Of a DNA stretch of 64,000 bases, positions 1-12,946 are shown one piece after another. Made by a program: the position numbers and the translations under genes. The notes under the pieces are model-generated. The model ran no database searches. It was not told the origin of the DNA and was given only the letters and a program-made list of their open reading frames with translations. The stretch's first letter is position 1, and every line of letters starts with the position of its first letter. Source of the stretch: Neophaeotheca triangularis (lineage: Eukaryota); the NCBI GenBank assembly GCA_054600435.1, contig BAAIJX010000059.1:62001-126000 (forward strand), given 5' to 3'.

Positions 1-3000
1 TCGGTATTGTCACAGTGTAGGTAGCGAGAATAGGAGGTGATATTCCAACAATATATGATGATGTGATGTAATGTAGCTGCTGGGTCAGGGTCAAGAGGTG
101 TTGGTGAACGAGACGAAGAACTTCTCTCTTTCCCATAAGCAACGAATCAAGCCTTGGTCCATTGAATTCAATTCTCCGATATGATGTACATAAATTCTAA
201 TAACACGATCTAGCCTGCGAACCCCGAGCCCTCCTCAGTAGTAGTGCCTCACACTCGAGGCCGGCCTTACAAACACAAAAAAACCGCGAATAATTCTAAT
301 GCTCGTCTCGTGAGTCGTCAGCGTTTTGCCGTCTCCGCAATCGGCCGGCCGAGCTTGGACTCTTCCACTCCCCCGGATCCGAATTGCATAAGCCGGTTAA
401 GTTGTGCACATCATGTCGGGTCTCGGGGGTTGCATAACAAAACCAAATGCAGCCGGCCGCTTGTCGGAGTGGATAAAACTAACCCCCCCTCAAGAATCGA
501 ACCGAACCGTCACCGGTCTTGATAGATAATAAACTGGGATTGAACGAAATACCGAGCCTGGGGGGCCATAGGATCTCAACTTCAACCCAAAGGTGATGCA
601 TCGATGCTGAGCCCATGCAGTCTGCAGGTGGTCTTGTTTGCGGGAGTCCAAGCCTACCCCCAACCCATAAGGTGAGTCGGGAACAGCTACCATGCAATCT
701 CCAGCCCCTTGACCCCCCCTTCATTCAGGCTTCATCCAGGTACCTGCCTGCAACGACACCCTCCCAATTGGAGCTTCAATACGCGTAGCGATACTACAGC
801 GATGGCTCAGTCAGATGCACCGCTTCTAGGAATCGTCTTGAAACCTTCGAAACCTGCTTTAGAGAGATCGTAGATCCTCTGCGCCACTTCTTCCCATAGG
901 ACATTCCGTTATTCGTCTTGTACCCAAACAGGATCTCACCAGTCGCCAGGCATCTTGCGATCACAGTCATGACCTTGCACTTCATATAGGAGCTTGAGCG
1001 TTTCATGAGTGCGCTGATGGTATTCACCAACACGTCGATAAGTGGTCCGCGTTCAATCAGGTTCCAGAACTCACCTGCGAGCTCCATACGAAATCACGCA
1101 GGTGGATTGATACGGCAGACCGAGCAGGACTCGCTGGACTCCGAAGACAATAGCGAGCGCCCTAGAGAAAATGCCGCCCACCACGAGGGGTATGGTGAGC
1201 GCCCCGAGGAAAATGGCGTCTGCCCGATAGGTGGGATGTTGGATTGATGAGCAAGCTGGATCAAGAAGATGCCAAAACTGGAGACCAGTAGGGAAAGGGA
1301 TTCTCCGAAGTCTTTCATCACTTGAAAATTGCGACATAGTCCGAATTTCGACTCTGAGAGTTCATATCTCTGGCTTCGAAGGAGGGACATCGCCTCCGAG
1401 TGCGCTGCGAAGAGGAGCTCTTACTAAGCGAGCTGCGTACCTGGCCGAAGCCATCACACTGCCAACAACACCTTAGCGTCTGGCACTGCGTGTATTCAAA
1501 GCACAACTTCATGCACGTTGATCGCTGCCCGCGTCGTAGGCAGCCCGCCCTCAACAATATTAGTAACTTCGGCCAAGTCCTAGACCTCGATTCAACGAAA
1601 CCATGGGTCCTGAGGTCTCACGGTCAAAGCAACAATAGGAACAAAGCCACCGTACAGCCGGAAGACTGCTGACTCAAGAGATGCTCAGCATGCCGAAGTC
1701 GCCCAAGCCTCATCAAGGAGAGCATGCCGAAAAGCGAGACTTCGCTAAGAAGCTTTGATGGAGAAACTTCCCGTTCGAATACTATGTCGACCACTTTTCT
1801 CCCCTGAGGCTACGACGAGCTCTCCTCCGCGACGGTGTAAGATGCGCCTCCTCCTCTAGAAGCAGAAGAACGTGGTCGCGTCTTGGTATCCAGTAACGGA
1901 AGCGCCCTCATATGTCTCTGATTCAAGCTTATACCCCGGAAGTCGAATTACCCAAATGATGCGGTCGTGTCCAGACATCTAGTAGCGCAAGTGCCTCTTC
2001 TAAGTCCAAACCTATCCTCTAGCAGCTGAAGAACCCAGAACGTGGTTGCGCCCTGGCTCCACGACCCAACCTACTAAGCCTGTTGTGTTGGCTCTTTGAG
2101 CGATTCTGCCGCGAGAGCAAATCTCGCGATGCCTTACACTCCACGCAAAGTTGGCAAACTCGTAATCCCTGATCCGCTTCTTTCAAAGTACGGTCCTCTT
2201 TATCCGACGACGACTACTTCTGGGTTTCGCGATACTTTACAAACCGAGATGGATTAGGAAATCATTGCCAGTCAGAGTGATGACTTAGGAGATTGACTGC
2301 TTATGTAATTGTCATTCAAGGGGCTTTGCTAACATTTCACCTCCCGCGCTACATTACAGCATGATCTGAAAGCAGAAAACTTGACGAATAATGAAGTAGT
2401 GCTGAACGACGTTTTGCTCCATGCCGATATGTTCAAAGATAGAGAAATGAGATCTATTGGGGATGATGATGGCAACGAGTGATAAGGGTGTTTAAACCCA
2501 ATTAACCAGCTTGGCTGCCTTCTGCTCGAAGGCTTCGTCTTAGTGAACGGAATGTGATGCAAAATGCGTTATTGAGTGCTGACAGCCACGCACGCTAACT
2601 GTTTGAGATATATCGAAGCTTCTTAAGGAGCGCCTAAGATTATTATGAATCCAGATTGGCTGAAGAGAGGGTTTTCAAGATACCGAAACAGTTCGGTCCA
2701 AAATTCGTTCCTTCTGTTGTGTACGCAAGTTCAGATAAAGACGATTGATTCAAAGAAGAGCTAACTATTAGCTGTCCGAATTAAGAAGATATGAATGTGT
2801 GATTCTTAGCAGATATGCCTTAGGTATGAATTCCCTCTATCGTGTGTCCTCCCAACTCACTCATAATACATGCCGCTTAATCTTAAGTTAGATGTCCTCC
2901 AAATAGGCAAGCTTCCACGGCGACTCGACTATCTCATAAGAATCGTCATAACACTAGGTATCCGAGTACTGTCAACGTAAAGAGATCGCGGTTCTACTTA

Positions 3001-3052
3001 CTCGCTCATGCGACAACAACTCTGAGATTCAAAACGCAATCCGTCTTTAAAA

Positions 3053-4744
3053 ATGTCACAACTCTCCATCGATTTGACCGCGCCCAACGGCCGAACTTGG
3101 TCCCAACCTACCGGTCTCTTCATCAACAATGAGTTTGTAGAGAGTGAGAGGGGTAATAAACTCATCACTTTCGATCCCGCGTAGGTGTCTCCGATTAACA
3201 TACGTGCGAGGGCGTGTCTACTAACAATCGTCGAAAGCACTGAAGAGGAGATCGCTACAGTCCACTACGCAGGCGTGGAAGACGTTGACCGAGCAGTCCT
3301 CGCTGCTCATAAAGCTCTCAAAAACCCATCATGGAAGCGACTACCCGCCACCGATCGTGGTATGCTGATGCTGAAGTTGGCCGACCTGATGGAGCAGAAC
3401 AAGGAACTGCTCGCCACAATCGATGCCTGGGACAATGGTAAGCATTACCCATACCAGCGGGTAGAGCTATACAGTAAAGAACTGATTTGCGACCTTTCAA
3501 AGGCAAGACATACTCCGAAGCGCTCAACACAGATTTACCCGAGGCAATCCTAACCATCAGATACTATGCTGGTTGGGCCGACAAGAACTTTGGTCAGACC
3601 ATCGAGACGACTCCCGAGAAGTTCGCTTACACCATCCGCCAACCAATTGGTGTTGTTGCTCAAATCATACCATGGAATTACCCTCTCTCCATGGCCACTT
3701 GGAAACTGGGCCCAGCTCTCGCATGTGGGAACACTGTCGTGATCAAAGCTGCAGAAAGTACGCCGCTCAGTATCCTGGTACTGGGTAAGCTAATCAAAGA
3801 AGCCGGGTTTCCTCCTGGCGTGGTCAATGTACTCAACGGGTACGGCAAGGAGACTGGTTCAGCTATGGTGCAACACGAGCTCGTCGATAAAGTTGCTTTC
3901 ACAGGGTCTTCCGGTACTGCATCGCAGATTATGAAAATGGCATCCGCTTCTCTAAAGAACATCACACTCGAGACTGGCGGCAAATCACCACTGCTCGTCT
4001 TCCCTGACGCAGACATGGAACAAGCTGTCAGATGGTCGCACATGGGTATCATGTCAAATCAAGGCCAGATCTGCACGGCAACGTCGCGTCTGTTGGTGCA
4101 GCAGGACATCTACGACGAGTTCGTGGAGAAGTTTGTCAGCCAGCTGAAAGCCACTAGCAAGGTCGGGAACCAGTGGGACGATGCTACTTACCAAGGGCCT
4201 CAAGTCTCTCAGGCTCAATACGACCGCATCATGTCGTATATTGACATTGGCAAGTCAGAAGGCGCAACAATCGTCGCAGGCGGCGCCCCAGACAGCGCCC
4301 GGACTTCCAATGGCGACAAAGGCTTCTACGTCCAGCCAACAGTTTTCACCGGCGTAAAGCAAAATATGCGCATCTACCGCGAGGAGATTTTCGGGCCCGT
4401 GGTAGTGATTGCTAGCTTTGCCGACGAAGACGAAGCTGTCAAGGCAGCGAACGACACTACGTACGGTCTGGGCTCTGCAGTATTCACAAACGACTTGAAG
4501 CGTGCCCACCGTGTTGCGGCGGAGATTGAGGCTGGCATGGTGTGGATCAACAGTACACAAGATTGCGATCCTCGCATTCCGTTCGGAGGTGAGTCGAAAC
4601 GATATGAAGAATCTGCGATGATTCAAATGCTAACGTGTCGTAGGGGTCAAGCTCAGCGGTATTGGTAGGGAACTGGGACAAGCTGGTCTCGAGGCGTATA
4701 CTCAGACAAAGGCGGTTCATGTGAATATGGGGAATGATTTGTAG
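3053..4744 (+). CDS. NAD-dependent aldehyde dehydrogenase (fungal ALDH1/2-type), 4 exons; introns 3181-3237, 3438-3502, 4589-4643
   Basis: Typical fungal ALDH N-terminus MSQLSIDLTAPNGRTWSQPTGLFINNEFV. Motifs IIPWNYP, FTGS, LETGGKSP, catalytic Cys in [18 protein letters not shown], and PFGG|VKLSGIGRELG across the last intron. Introns are canonical GT..CTRAY..AG. Confidence 0.95.
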
Positions 4745-5173
4745 AGAGGAAAAGCATCACGACGCTCAAAATATGTGACCTACTCTTCGGTCTCGCTGTG
4801 ATTGAACCAAAAGACCTAGACTTGGTGCTTGCAAGACAAGTTTCAAACATCTACCCCCTTTATTGACAGCACGTGCGGTTTTCGACTCCTGATAGTCTTG
4901 AATTTGGCAGTGGTATTACCTTCACTCAGATCACCTCTCACTTATCGCCGCTGTGAAGCTTTGCACCGGTATCTATAGCAAAGCAAAAGCCCAATCCAGC
5001 CTAGAGCGTACTACCTAGTAGAACACCTTGTATAGAGCATAAACTTCCTCTATGGCTATAAGAACGATACAGTGCAAATAACTACTAACCAGACGCCGAA
5101 TGCTTATGCTTCAAGGCTAGATACTAGGAATCGATTCACGCAATCTTTTCACAAGCGCCTAGAACTCATCTGT

Positions 5174-6589
5174 CTATAACTTAGCCAGGAGACCCTGACT
5201 GTCCAAGAACGTAACATGGCTTCTTGTTATTTCCTTAACAGAACGGCACCTGTGGACAAGTTAGCGCTATAGGCCTGGCGCAAATCAAGGAAATGTTTTG
5301 CATACCCGGCGAGACCCATAGTCAACCTCAATTCGTGCATCAAGATTTTGAGGCCAAGCTCGACACCCTCTTGTCCATTGTACTGTGACAGACTTAGCAA
5401 ATTCGAGCAGAGCAGCCAAATCTCTAGAAGGTACTCACAGCAAGACCCCAAATAGGTATGCGCCCGACAAATACATGGCAGGCACCAAGCGCGAGTGCTT
5501 TGAAGATGTCCGAGCCTCTGCGGATACCACCATCGACCGCAATAGGAATCTTCGACCCAGCTGCGACGGCACACTCTCTCAGGGCGTCGAGAGTGGCAGG
5601 GACACTGTCCAGCTGTCGGCCGCCATGGTTCGAAACGACGACTCCGTCCAATCCGTACTTGATCGCAAGTGCAACGTCGTCGGCTGACAGGACGCCTTTG
5701 AGCCACACTTGGAGCTTCGTCTGCGAGCGAAGCCACGGCACAGCGGTGCCCCAGTCAAGCGAAGGGTCTGATCCCGTCAAGTCAGATGATACTCCGTTAC
5801 ATGTCGGATCCGGTTCGATGCTTACCGAACTCGTAACTGCGCGTCTCCTGGGTGTGAACGTTTGCGTCTTGGTTCAGCTCGGCTCTGCCGTCGGACAACA
5901 AGTTCGGCCACTCCATGCTGTCGGGGAGCTTGAAATCGTTGCGGAATTCGTTTAGACGTCGTCCGAGCAATGGCACATCTACCGAGAGGAATATCGCTGA
6001 GTAGCCTGCTGTTTCGGCCCTTTCGCGAGGATCTGCTTTGTAGTTTGACGGTCCCGTAGCACGCAAAGCTGCATAGCGTATGGATTAGAAAGGCCCTGTG
6101 CTTTGACATTTTCCATTGACTCTGTCGAGTACGAGGATAAGACCATGGCGATGTTGTAGTTCGCTGCAGCTCGTGACGTTCCGAGCTCGCCGTCTGGGTG
6201 TGCTAGACGATGCATGGCAGATGGACTGAAGCCGAGTGGCATTGAAGTCTGAAAGTGCGTCAGCGTCACGCACGAGCGACCTGGAAACGTTGACGGTATA
6301 CCTTTTGACCGAATAGCTCGGAAGATGTATCGATACTGTCGACATTGACAAGAATACGAGGTTTGATCTTGTAACGATCAAACGCAGCCTCATTGTCCCG
6401 CAGGCTATCTCGTTAGTCAGTCTTCTGGAGTAGCAATTAAGCGCGATAGCAGCACACGTACGTGATTAAGTCCATGGCACCTTCATTGTAGTACTCGCGG
6501 TACATCTTGGGAAGCTTCTTGCTGCCGTACTCGCGAAGGTCGGCAATGCTGTGGACCCGAGCATCCCAAGATTGTCCGCGATTGGCCAT
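5174..6589 (-). CDS. FMN-dependent (S)-2-hydroxy-acid oxidase (glycolate/lactate oxidase family), multi-exon, C-terminal PTS1 (-AKL); apparent frameshift near 6022-6028
   Basis: Starts MANRGQSWDARVHSIADLREYGSKKLPKMYREYYNEGAMD. Motifs SPSAMHRLAHPDGE, SVDVPLLGRR, VSNHGGRQLD, DGGIRRGSDIFKALALGA. Last exon CRSVKEITRSHVTFLDSQGLLAKL*. Homology switches frame at ...KQIL/ERAETAGY with no intron. Confidence 0.9.
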
Positions 6590-7122
6590 GATGATGAGTC
6601 TGAAGCGTCCTGATATATGTATCCTTTATTCAAGAATATGACTGGGACAGTGAACAGTTCCTCGCACTCGTGAAGGATAATGAGCGTGTCGTGCTTATGA
6701 ACGCAGTGAGAGAGAGAGAGAGAGATATAGAGAGAGAGTCATAGTATAAAGTACATGCCTCTACGGGCAACGGCTCGCCGCCACCATCAGAGAGTACCCA
6801 AGGGCCTATGGGGCGGAGCTGGTACAACCACAGATGGCTCGTGGAAAGCTTCCACATCAGGACGATTCACGCTGTCTTTCTGGCAACACTTCGACATCTG
6901 AAGCGGCCCACCTGCTAATGTACATGCAATGTCGCCTCGATCAAGGCGTGTGCTTTGATGATGTGCTGTCAGACGGGTCTGTTCGCAACTCGACTCAATA
7001 GCACCGAATTTAGAGAGCTTATATATTCAGCTACTTGTACCGTACAAATGCCCACGAGAGCCGCCAACAACAGTCAACGGTCGATTCACGTTCCACAGTG
7101 ATTCTATTGAGAAAGACGCAAC

Positions 7123-8809
7123 ATGCACACCGCCAGGACCGTACGCGCTCTGAGCAGCCGCCTAACTCAGCCAGTCCGATCATCGATCGGAGTTGCGCAA
7201 AGGACCATGGCCACGGCAACATGGTCCATCACCCACGAGAAGATTCAAAACATAAAGCCCACGACCAACTTCATAGGCAACGCTTTCACGGATTCCAAAG
7301 CAAAGCAGTGGATTGATCTTCACGATCCTGCCACCAACAACCTCGTCACTCGGGTACCGGAAAGCACGGATGAAGAACTGAAGGAAGCTGTTGCAAGCGC
7401 CCAGACAGCTTTCGAGTCGTGGCGCAACACGAGTTGGCTTTACCGACAGCAGATCATGTTCAAATTTGTCGCTCTCATTCGCGAAAATTGGGATCGACTG
7501 GCGGCATCCATTACACTTGAACAGGGTAAAACGTTTGCAGACGCGCGCGGTGACGTTCTCCGAGGCCTCCAGGTCGCAGAAACCGCTTGCGGCATCACCA
7601 CGCAGGCTCCCGGGCAGGTACTCGAAGTTGCGAAGGACATGGAGACCCGAGAGTATCGGGAGCCGCTTGGTGTCGTGGCAGCTATCTGCCCTTTCAGTGA
7701 GCAGCTCAAGCAAACCCGGTTGCGAGAAGCTAAGCTGACCACCCTTCACAGACTTCCCGGCTATGATCCCATTATGGTCGATTCCAATTGCAACAATCAC
7801 GGGCAACACTTTGGTCCTCAAACCCTCAGAGAGAGATCCTAGTGCCGTCATGATCCTGATGGAGCTCGCCGAGAAGGCCGGTTTTCCTCCTGGCGTAATC
7901 AACGTGATCCACGGTACTAAACGAGCGGTCAATTTTATCCTCGACGAGCCTGCCATTAAAGCTGTCAGTTTTGTTGGCAGCAACTCTGCGGGCGAATACA
8001 TCTACTCCCGAGCTTCCGCGAACGGAAAGAGAGCCCAGGCCAACCTCGGTGCTAAGAATCATGCAATTGTGTTGCCAGATTGCAATAAAAACTCGACCTT
8101 GGATGCTATCGCAGGGGCTTCGTTCGGCGCTGCCGGTCAACGTTGTATGGCTTTGAGCACTGTCATTCTCACCGGAGGCCAAACGCAAAGCTGGCTGCCG
8201 CAACTTGTCGAGAGGGCCGAGCGACTCTCGATCAACGCCGGATTCGAAGAAGGAGTCGACGTGGGTCCGCTCATCAGCCCCGAGAGCCGTGAGCGTGTGG
8301 AACGTCTTATCGAATCTGCAGAGAAAGAAGGCGCCACAATCCTCCTCGACGGCCGTGGCCAAAGACCAGCAGACTACCCGAACGGCAACTTTGTCGGTCC
8401 TACCATCATTACAGGCGTGAAGCCCCACATGGAGTGTTACCGCGAAGAAATCTTTGGCCCCGTTTTGCTCTGCATGGAAGCCGACTCGCTTGAACAAGCG
8501 ACGGACATTGTCAACAAGAACAAGTATGGCAACGGCTCAGCGGTCTTTACAAACTCGGGAGCCTCTGCGGCATGGTTTCAGAAGAACGTGGAGGCTGGGC
8601 AAATCGGCATTAATGTGCCTATTCCCGTGCCTCTCCCCATGTTCAGCTTTACCGGCAACAAGGCCAGCATTGCAGGCGGAGGTGCCAGCACGTTTTATGG
8701 CAAGTCGGGACTGAATTTTTATACCCAAACGAAGACGGTGACCAGTTCATGGAAGGCGGAGGACGCGAAAAGCTCCGTATCTTCCACGAACATGCCGTTT
8801 CAGAAGTAA
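7123..8809 (+). CDS. mmsA: CoA-acylating (methyl)malonate-semialdehyde dehydrogenase (ALDH6), mitochondrial; intron 7697-7751
   Basis: Motifs [69 protein letters not shown]-terminal presequence is Arg/Ser/Thr-rich and lacks acidic residues. Confidence 0.95.
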
Positions 8810-9196
8810 CCACAATAGAATTCGAACATTCAACTCCATTCGTGTGATTTGTTGATGTGTGCAATGATTAGCGAGCAGTCCACGGGTGTCGGATCTTTGG
8901 CCGGCCACGTCCATTTCCAGTGTCTTGACGTCTCTCCTTGGGTACACGTAGGTAAAGGACGTGCTCCAAAAACTTCCATGTTGAGGTGGTGCCCAATGCG
9001 AGGTGTCGCCGCAAATTGAAAATCTTAGCCTTCTTTGTCAGCGCGTCTTTGATGTTTGAGGAAAGCGACCACGAAGGACGTATGCCAGTCACATACCTAT
9101 ATACAACTTACGCTGATCTTCTTGTCTACTTTGGCACTCTCAAGGCATCTGAGAAACCGGGCGGTCAGTAGGAACTCAAGAACCTGAAGGCACAGG

Positions 9197-10402
9197 ATGA
9201 CGAAACTCTTTTTGTATGTGACTTCACTTGGTTTGCCTTCACAATTCAACGTCGACGGCCTTCCACTAATACTCTTCCTTAAATTAGGACCGGCGCCACT
9301 GGCTATATCGGCGGTGATTTTCTCCATGCCGTTACCAACGCTCGTCCTGGGCTCGCAGTCACAGCCCTAGTCCGTCAAGAATCTGCGGCGATCGAGTTGA
9401 AGAAGTTGTACCCTTTTATTGAAATCGTGCAAGGCGATCTTGACGACAGCGAAGCATTGGCTCAAGCTAGCTCAGATGCCGACATCGTGCTCAGTGAGGC
9501 TGGCTCAAAGTTCGTCTCGTTGAGATTATCTGCTAATGTTGGCTTTGAAGATCTCGCGGCTACAAGCCATCTCCCGAGCCTGAAGGCCTTCCACAAGGGT
9601 GCATCAGGTAGAAAGTCTTGTAAGTCACGCCGCGTCGTAAATAGCAAGCCTTCCCTTGGCTAATCCCTTTGCAGCGCACATCATACAGCTCTCAGGAGCT
9701 ACCGTAGTGTCGCAAGACGAGATCAAAGCGAAGAATTTCGGCAACGCAACTGATGACGAATACAACGACATTCGCGACGAGAAGGAGCTTCATAGCATAA
9801 TTCGCAAGCACCAGAATCGTGCTGTCGACAACTACATCTTGGACATTACCGAGCAGACACCACGCGTAAAGACGGCACTAGTCTTCCCTTCGTTAGTCTA
9901 CGGCAAAGGAAACGGTCCTGGCAATCAAAGAAGCATTCAAGTGCCGGAGCTCGCTCGCATTGCCCTTGAGAGAAGGCGAGCCGTCCAAATCGGTCCTGGT
10001 GCGAACATCTGGAGCAACGTTCACATCTCCGATCTTAGCTCGATGCTCGTGCATCTTACCGAGAGCGCTATCACAGGATCAGATGACAAGCAAATTTGGG
10101 GCACCAATGGCTTGTTCTTCGCTGGCGCCCACCCCGGGATACGCTTCGGATCACTAGCGAAAAAAATCGCGGAGGCAGCTTGCAATTTGGGTCTGATCCC
10201 AGACGTAGAGGTCGATGAAATCAGCGCTGCAGAAGCAGACAACCTTTCGCTACACGCATCGGCAATCATTGGAACAAATGCCCGTACGTTGAGCGAAAGA
10301 GCACAAAAGGCGCTAGGGTGGAGTGCAAAGGGGCCCAATCTGGAGGAGGAGGTTCCCTCTACAGTGGCAAATGAAGCGAAGCGGGTGAAATCGACTCCGT
10401 AG
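9197..10402 (+). CDS. NAD(P)-binding Rossmann-fold epimerase/dehydratase-like (atypical SDR), 4 exons
   Basis: Spliced N-terminus MTKLFL|TGATGYIGGDFL (GxxGxxG). Also GDLDD, LVYGKGNGPGNQRSIQVP, WSNVHISDL, and RAQKALGW near the C-terminus. Confidence 0.85.
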
Positions 10403-10866
10403 ACCACGAGTATAGCACGCTTTGAATACAGCCCTGAGCCGACGCCAGTTATGCCACCTGCGACACAGTCTCTACATCTGCGCCAAAGCCCGGGCGTCAC
10501 TTCCGAACATATGTAAGCTTCGCTTTTACGGTCTTCACTTTTGGTTGTTACATATCAGCATGCTGAGAAAGGCACAACTCTTCGACCAAGTTTTCAATGA
10601 TCATGTTGCCGTAGGTTAGGCATCTCGTCAACAACACGCAAACAATCTGTCATGGTTGTACTGAGCCAAACATTGAATGCACAAGTCTTTGTACAAATTT
10701 GCTGGTGCAAACGCTATCATCTAGGTGTCAAAAGCTCCTAATATCCGCAACATTGTACCCTCTGGCTACTCGCTTCTGTCGACAACTTGGAGCTGGACCA
10801 ATTCGTTACACCCCCTTCTCACCAAAACTGGTAGAGCACGGGTATCTTCTCAAACATTGCAGCAAT

Positions 10867-12494
10867 TCAACCATCTTTGAAGATCGATTCAAGTGTCTCG
10901 ACCAGTAGATTTGCTGGGATAGAACTGTCAGTGTACTACCACAAAGCTCTGACCGATGATCCGTTCTTACCATGCTGGTGTTGGAAGATAAGCATAGGGC
11001 GAAGGCGGATGGCGTTCGCTCCGCTACTACCTATCAGGATACCCCTGGACAAAGCCTTTGCAATCACTTCCTCGCGCCTTGGGCTGTCCCACGCGATAAA
11101 CGTGCCACGGTCCTTGCCACGCAAGTTACGGATCTCGTGTGGATACTTTTTCGACAATTGATCCAACGAGCTATAGAGCTGGTCGCCCACTTGAGCGGCG
11201 TTTTCGACCAGACTGAGCCGTTCGATCTCTTCGAAGATGGCTCTAAATATCAAAGCCCGTGCCGGGTCGCCCATCCATGTATTGAACTGGCGATACGGCT
11301 GCTTTGGTCGTAGATTCTGTTTGCCGTAATAGAAGCCGGCGGCTTGGGCTTTCTTGGAGAAGGTGACCATGTCCGGGGGAGTAGGCAAGTCCCAGTGTTC
11401 ATGAGCCCAGAACTTGCCACTCGCGCCGACACCAGTCTGTACCTCGTCAACAATTAACAATACGCCCTTTTGTTCCGTTAGTGCCCGCAGCTTGCGGAAA
11501 AACGAAGCGGAAGCATGGTTGTCGCCGCCTTCAGATTGAATGGGCTCGACGACAACGGCAGCCACAGGTTGAGCCGCTGTGTCCAAAACACGCTCGACCT
11601 CATCTATACAGCGTTGCTCTTCAGCGGCGTTTTCCGAGGTGAACTGGTCGAGAGGGTAATGCAGCTTTGGGAACGGAGCGCTTGGCCAGTCGAAAGAGGG
11701 AATGTCAAGTTTGTGGATGGCCTTGCTTCGAGTCGTGGCAAGACTACCGAATGTGCGGCCATGGAAGCCGCCATTGAATGACATGATCGAGTATTTGGGT
11801 GCACCCGGGGCCTGATTCTGCATGGAAGATTCGATCTCCTCCATTGTAAAATCAGCGTCTCCGCGCTCTCTTGCCCGACGCCACATGAAGGCGGCCTTGT
11901 AGGCTGTTTCGTTGGCATCTGAGCCTGTGGATGCCGTGAATACCTGGTCCATCCCAGGCGGAGTGGCTCGTAGAAGTCCCGTAGACAGGACGCTATCCAT
12001 ATCCATAGAGGGAAAGTTTCCAAGAGCTGGTCTGTTGACGAGAGCCCTGATCATCTCTGGCGATGATGCAGCTTTTGCAACGTTGGGGTTGTTGTACCCA
12101 ACAGCGATTGAAGCGATCTGTGAAAAGCTTGGAATCGCTCTTAGTCTTCTTGCGATAGGCCTCGTTTAGGATGATCGTGTCTTACGCATCGAGGAATTGA
12201 TTACCATCGGCATCAACGATGCTACATAAATATCAGCACATAATGTGACTGGCTTGAGAGCTTCTTCGTGACCTACTAGTTACCACGGCTTTGTTCATAG
12301 TCGACAAGCATCCGCATCGCCGCAGTGTCGAAAACGCGGCCTAATTTTGCTCGGCCATCGATTGATCGAGGCCCGGGAAGGGCAGTCTGGACAGTGGGTT
12401 GCTGAGGTTGGCCTGCGAAAAGAGTCGCATATTGCCGGACTGGACCTCTAAGTAACGAAGGGCGGAATCGCGAGGCGTTGTGGCGATGCGACAT
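10867..12494 (-). CDS. 4-aminobutyrate / beta-alanine aminotransferase (class III PLP, Uga1/GatA family), 4 exons, probable mitochondrial presequence
   Basis: SRGNY|IVDADGNQFLDA|FSQIASIAVGYNNP, GSDANETAYK, FHGRTFGSLATTRSK, EPIQSEGGDNHAS, VDEVQTGVG, PLP lysine in VTFSKKAQ, FNTWMGDP. Last exon ANLLVETLESIFKDG*. Confidence 0.93.
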
Positions 12495-12946
12495 GGTTAC
12501 GTTTGAGGGAATGGAACAGAACGTAGAGATCTGGCGGCGACATTTTTATCTAGACCAAGTTGTCAAAGGCATCATCCGGCAATGTTGTCCTCCATCGGTA
12601 CTCCATACGGTAGTTCAGATGCTCATGCCCGACTTCCTTCCAGGTGTTGTGCGAAGCCTGAGGTTGCTCGTGGACGCCTGCCAATCTGCGCGGCCGGGTC
12701 TGCCCACTGCCATTTTATGCTTTGACAACCAGAACAAGATGACCTTTTTGGAAAGTTCATGACCCATAGCCTAAAGTTGTCATTTACCACGCGTCTCGGT
12801 AATAGAAAGGAGCTCATGGCTTTTAATCTCTCTCAAGCGCCACCTTGTCCGTCTCTGAACGCCATCTCGACATTCGAAGCACGTCAGAAATAGCACTCGC
12901 ACCCTAAATAACAATCCTCACATTACCAGTGCGCTCCTATCTCAAC

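Noticed and set aside
794..1672. Possible Zn2Cys6 regulator for the cluster
   Set aside because: No CxxCxxxKxxC motif or fungal TF domain was found in the frames examined.
7180..8497. Long antisense ORFs over MMSDH (similar ones overlie the VOC dioxygenase, HisD-like, nsdD and GSH1 genes)
   Set aside because: These are shadow ORFs produced by codon bias of the real genes and show no motifs.
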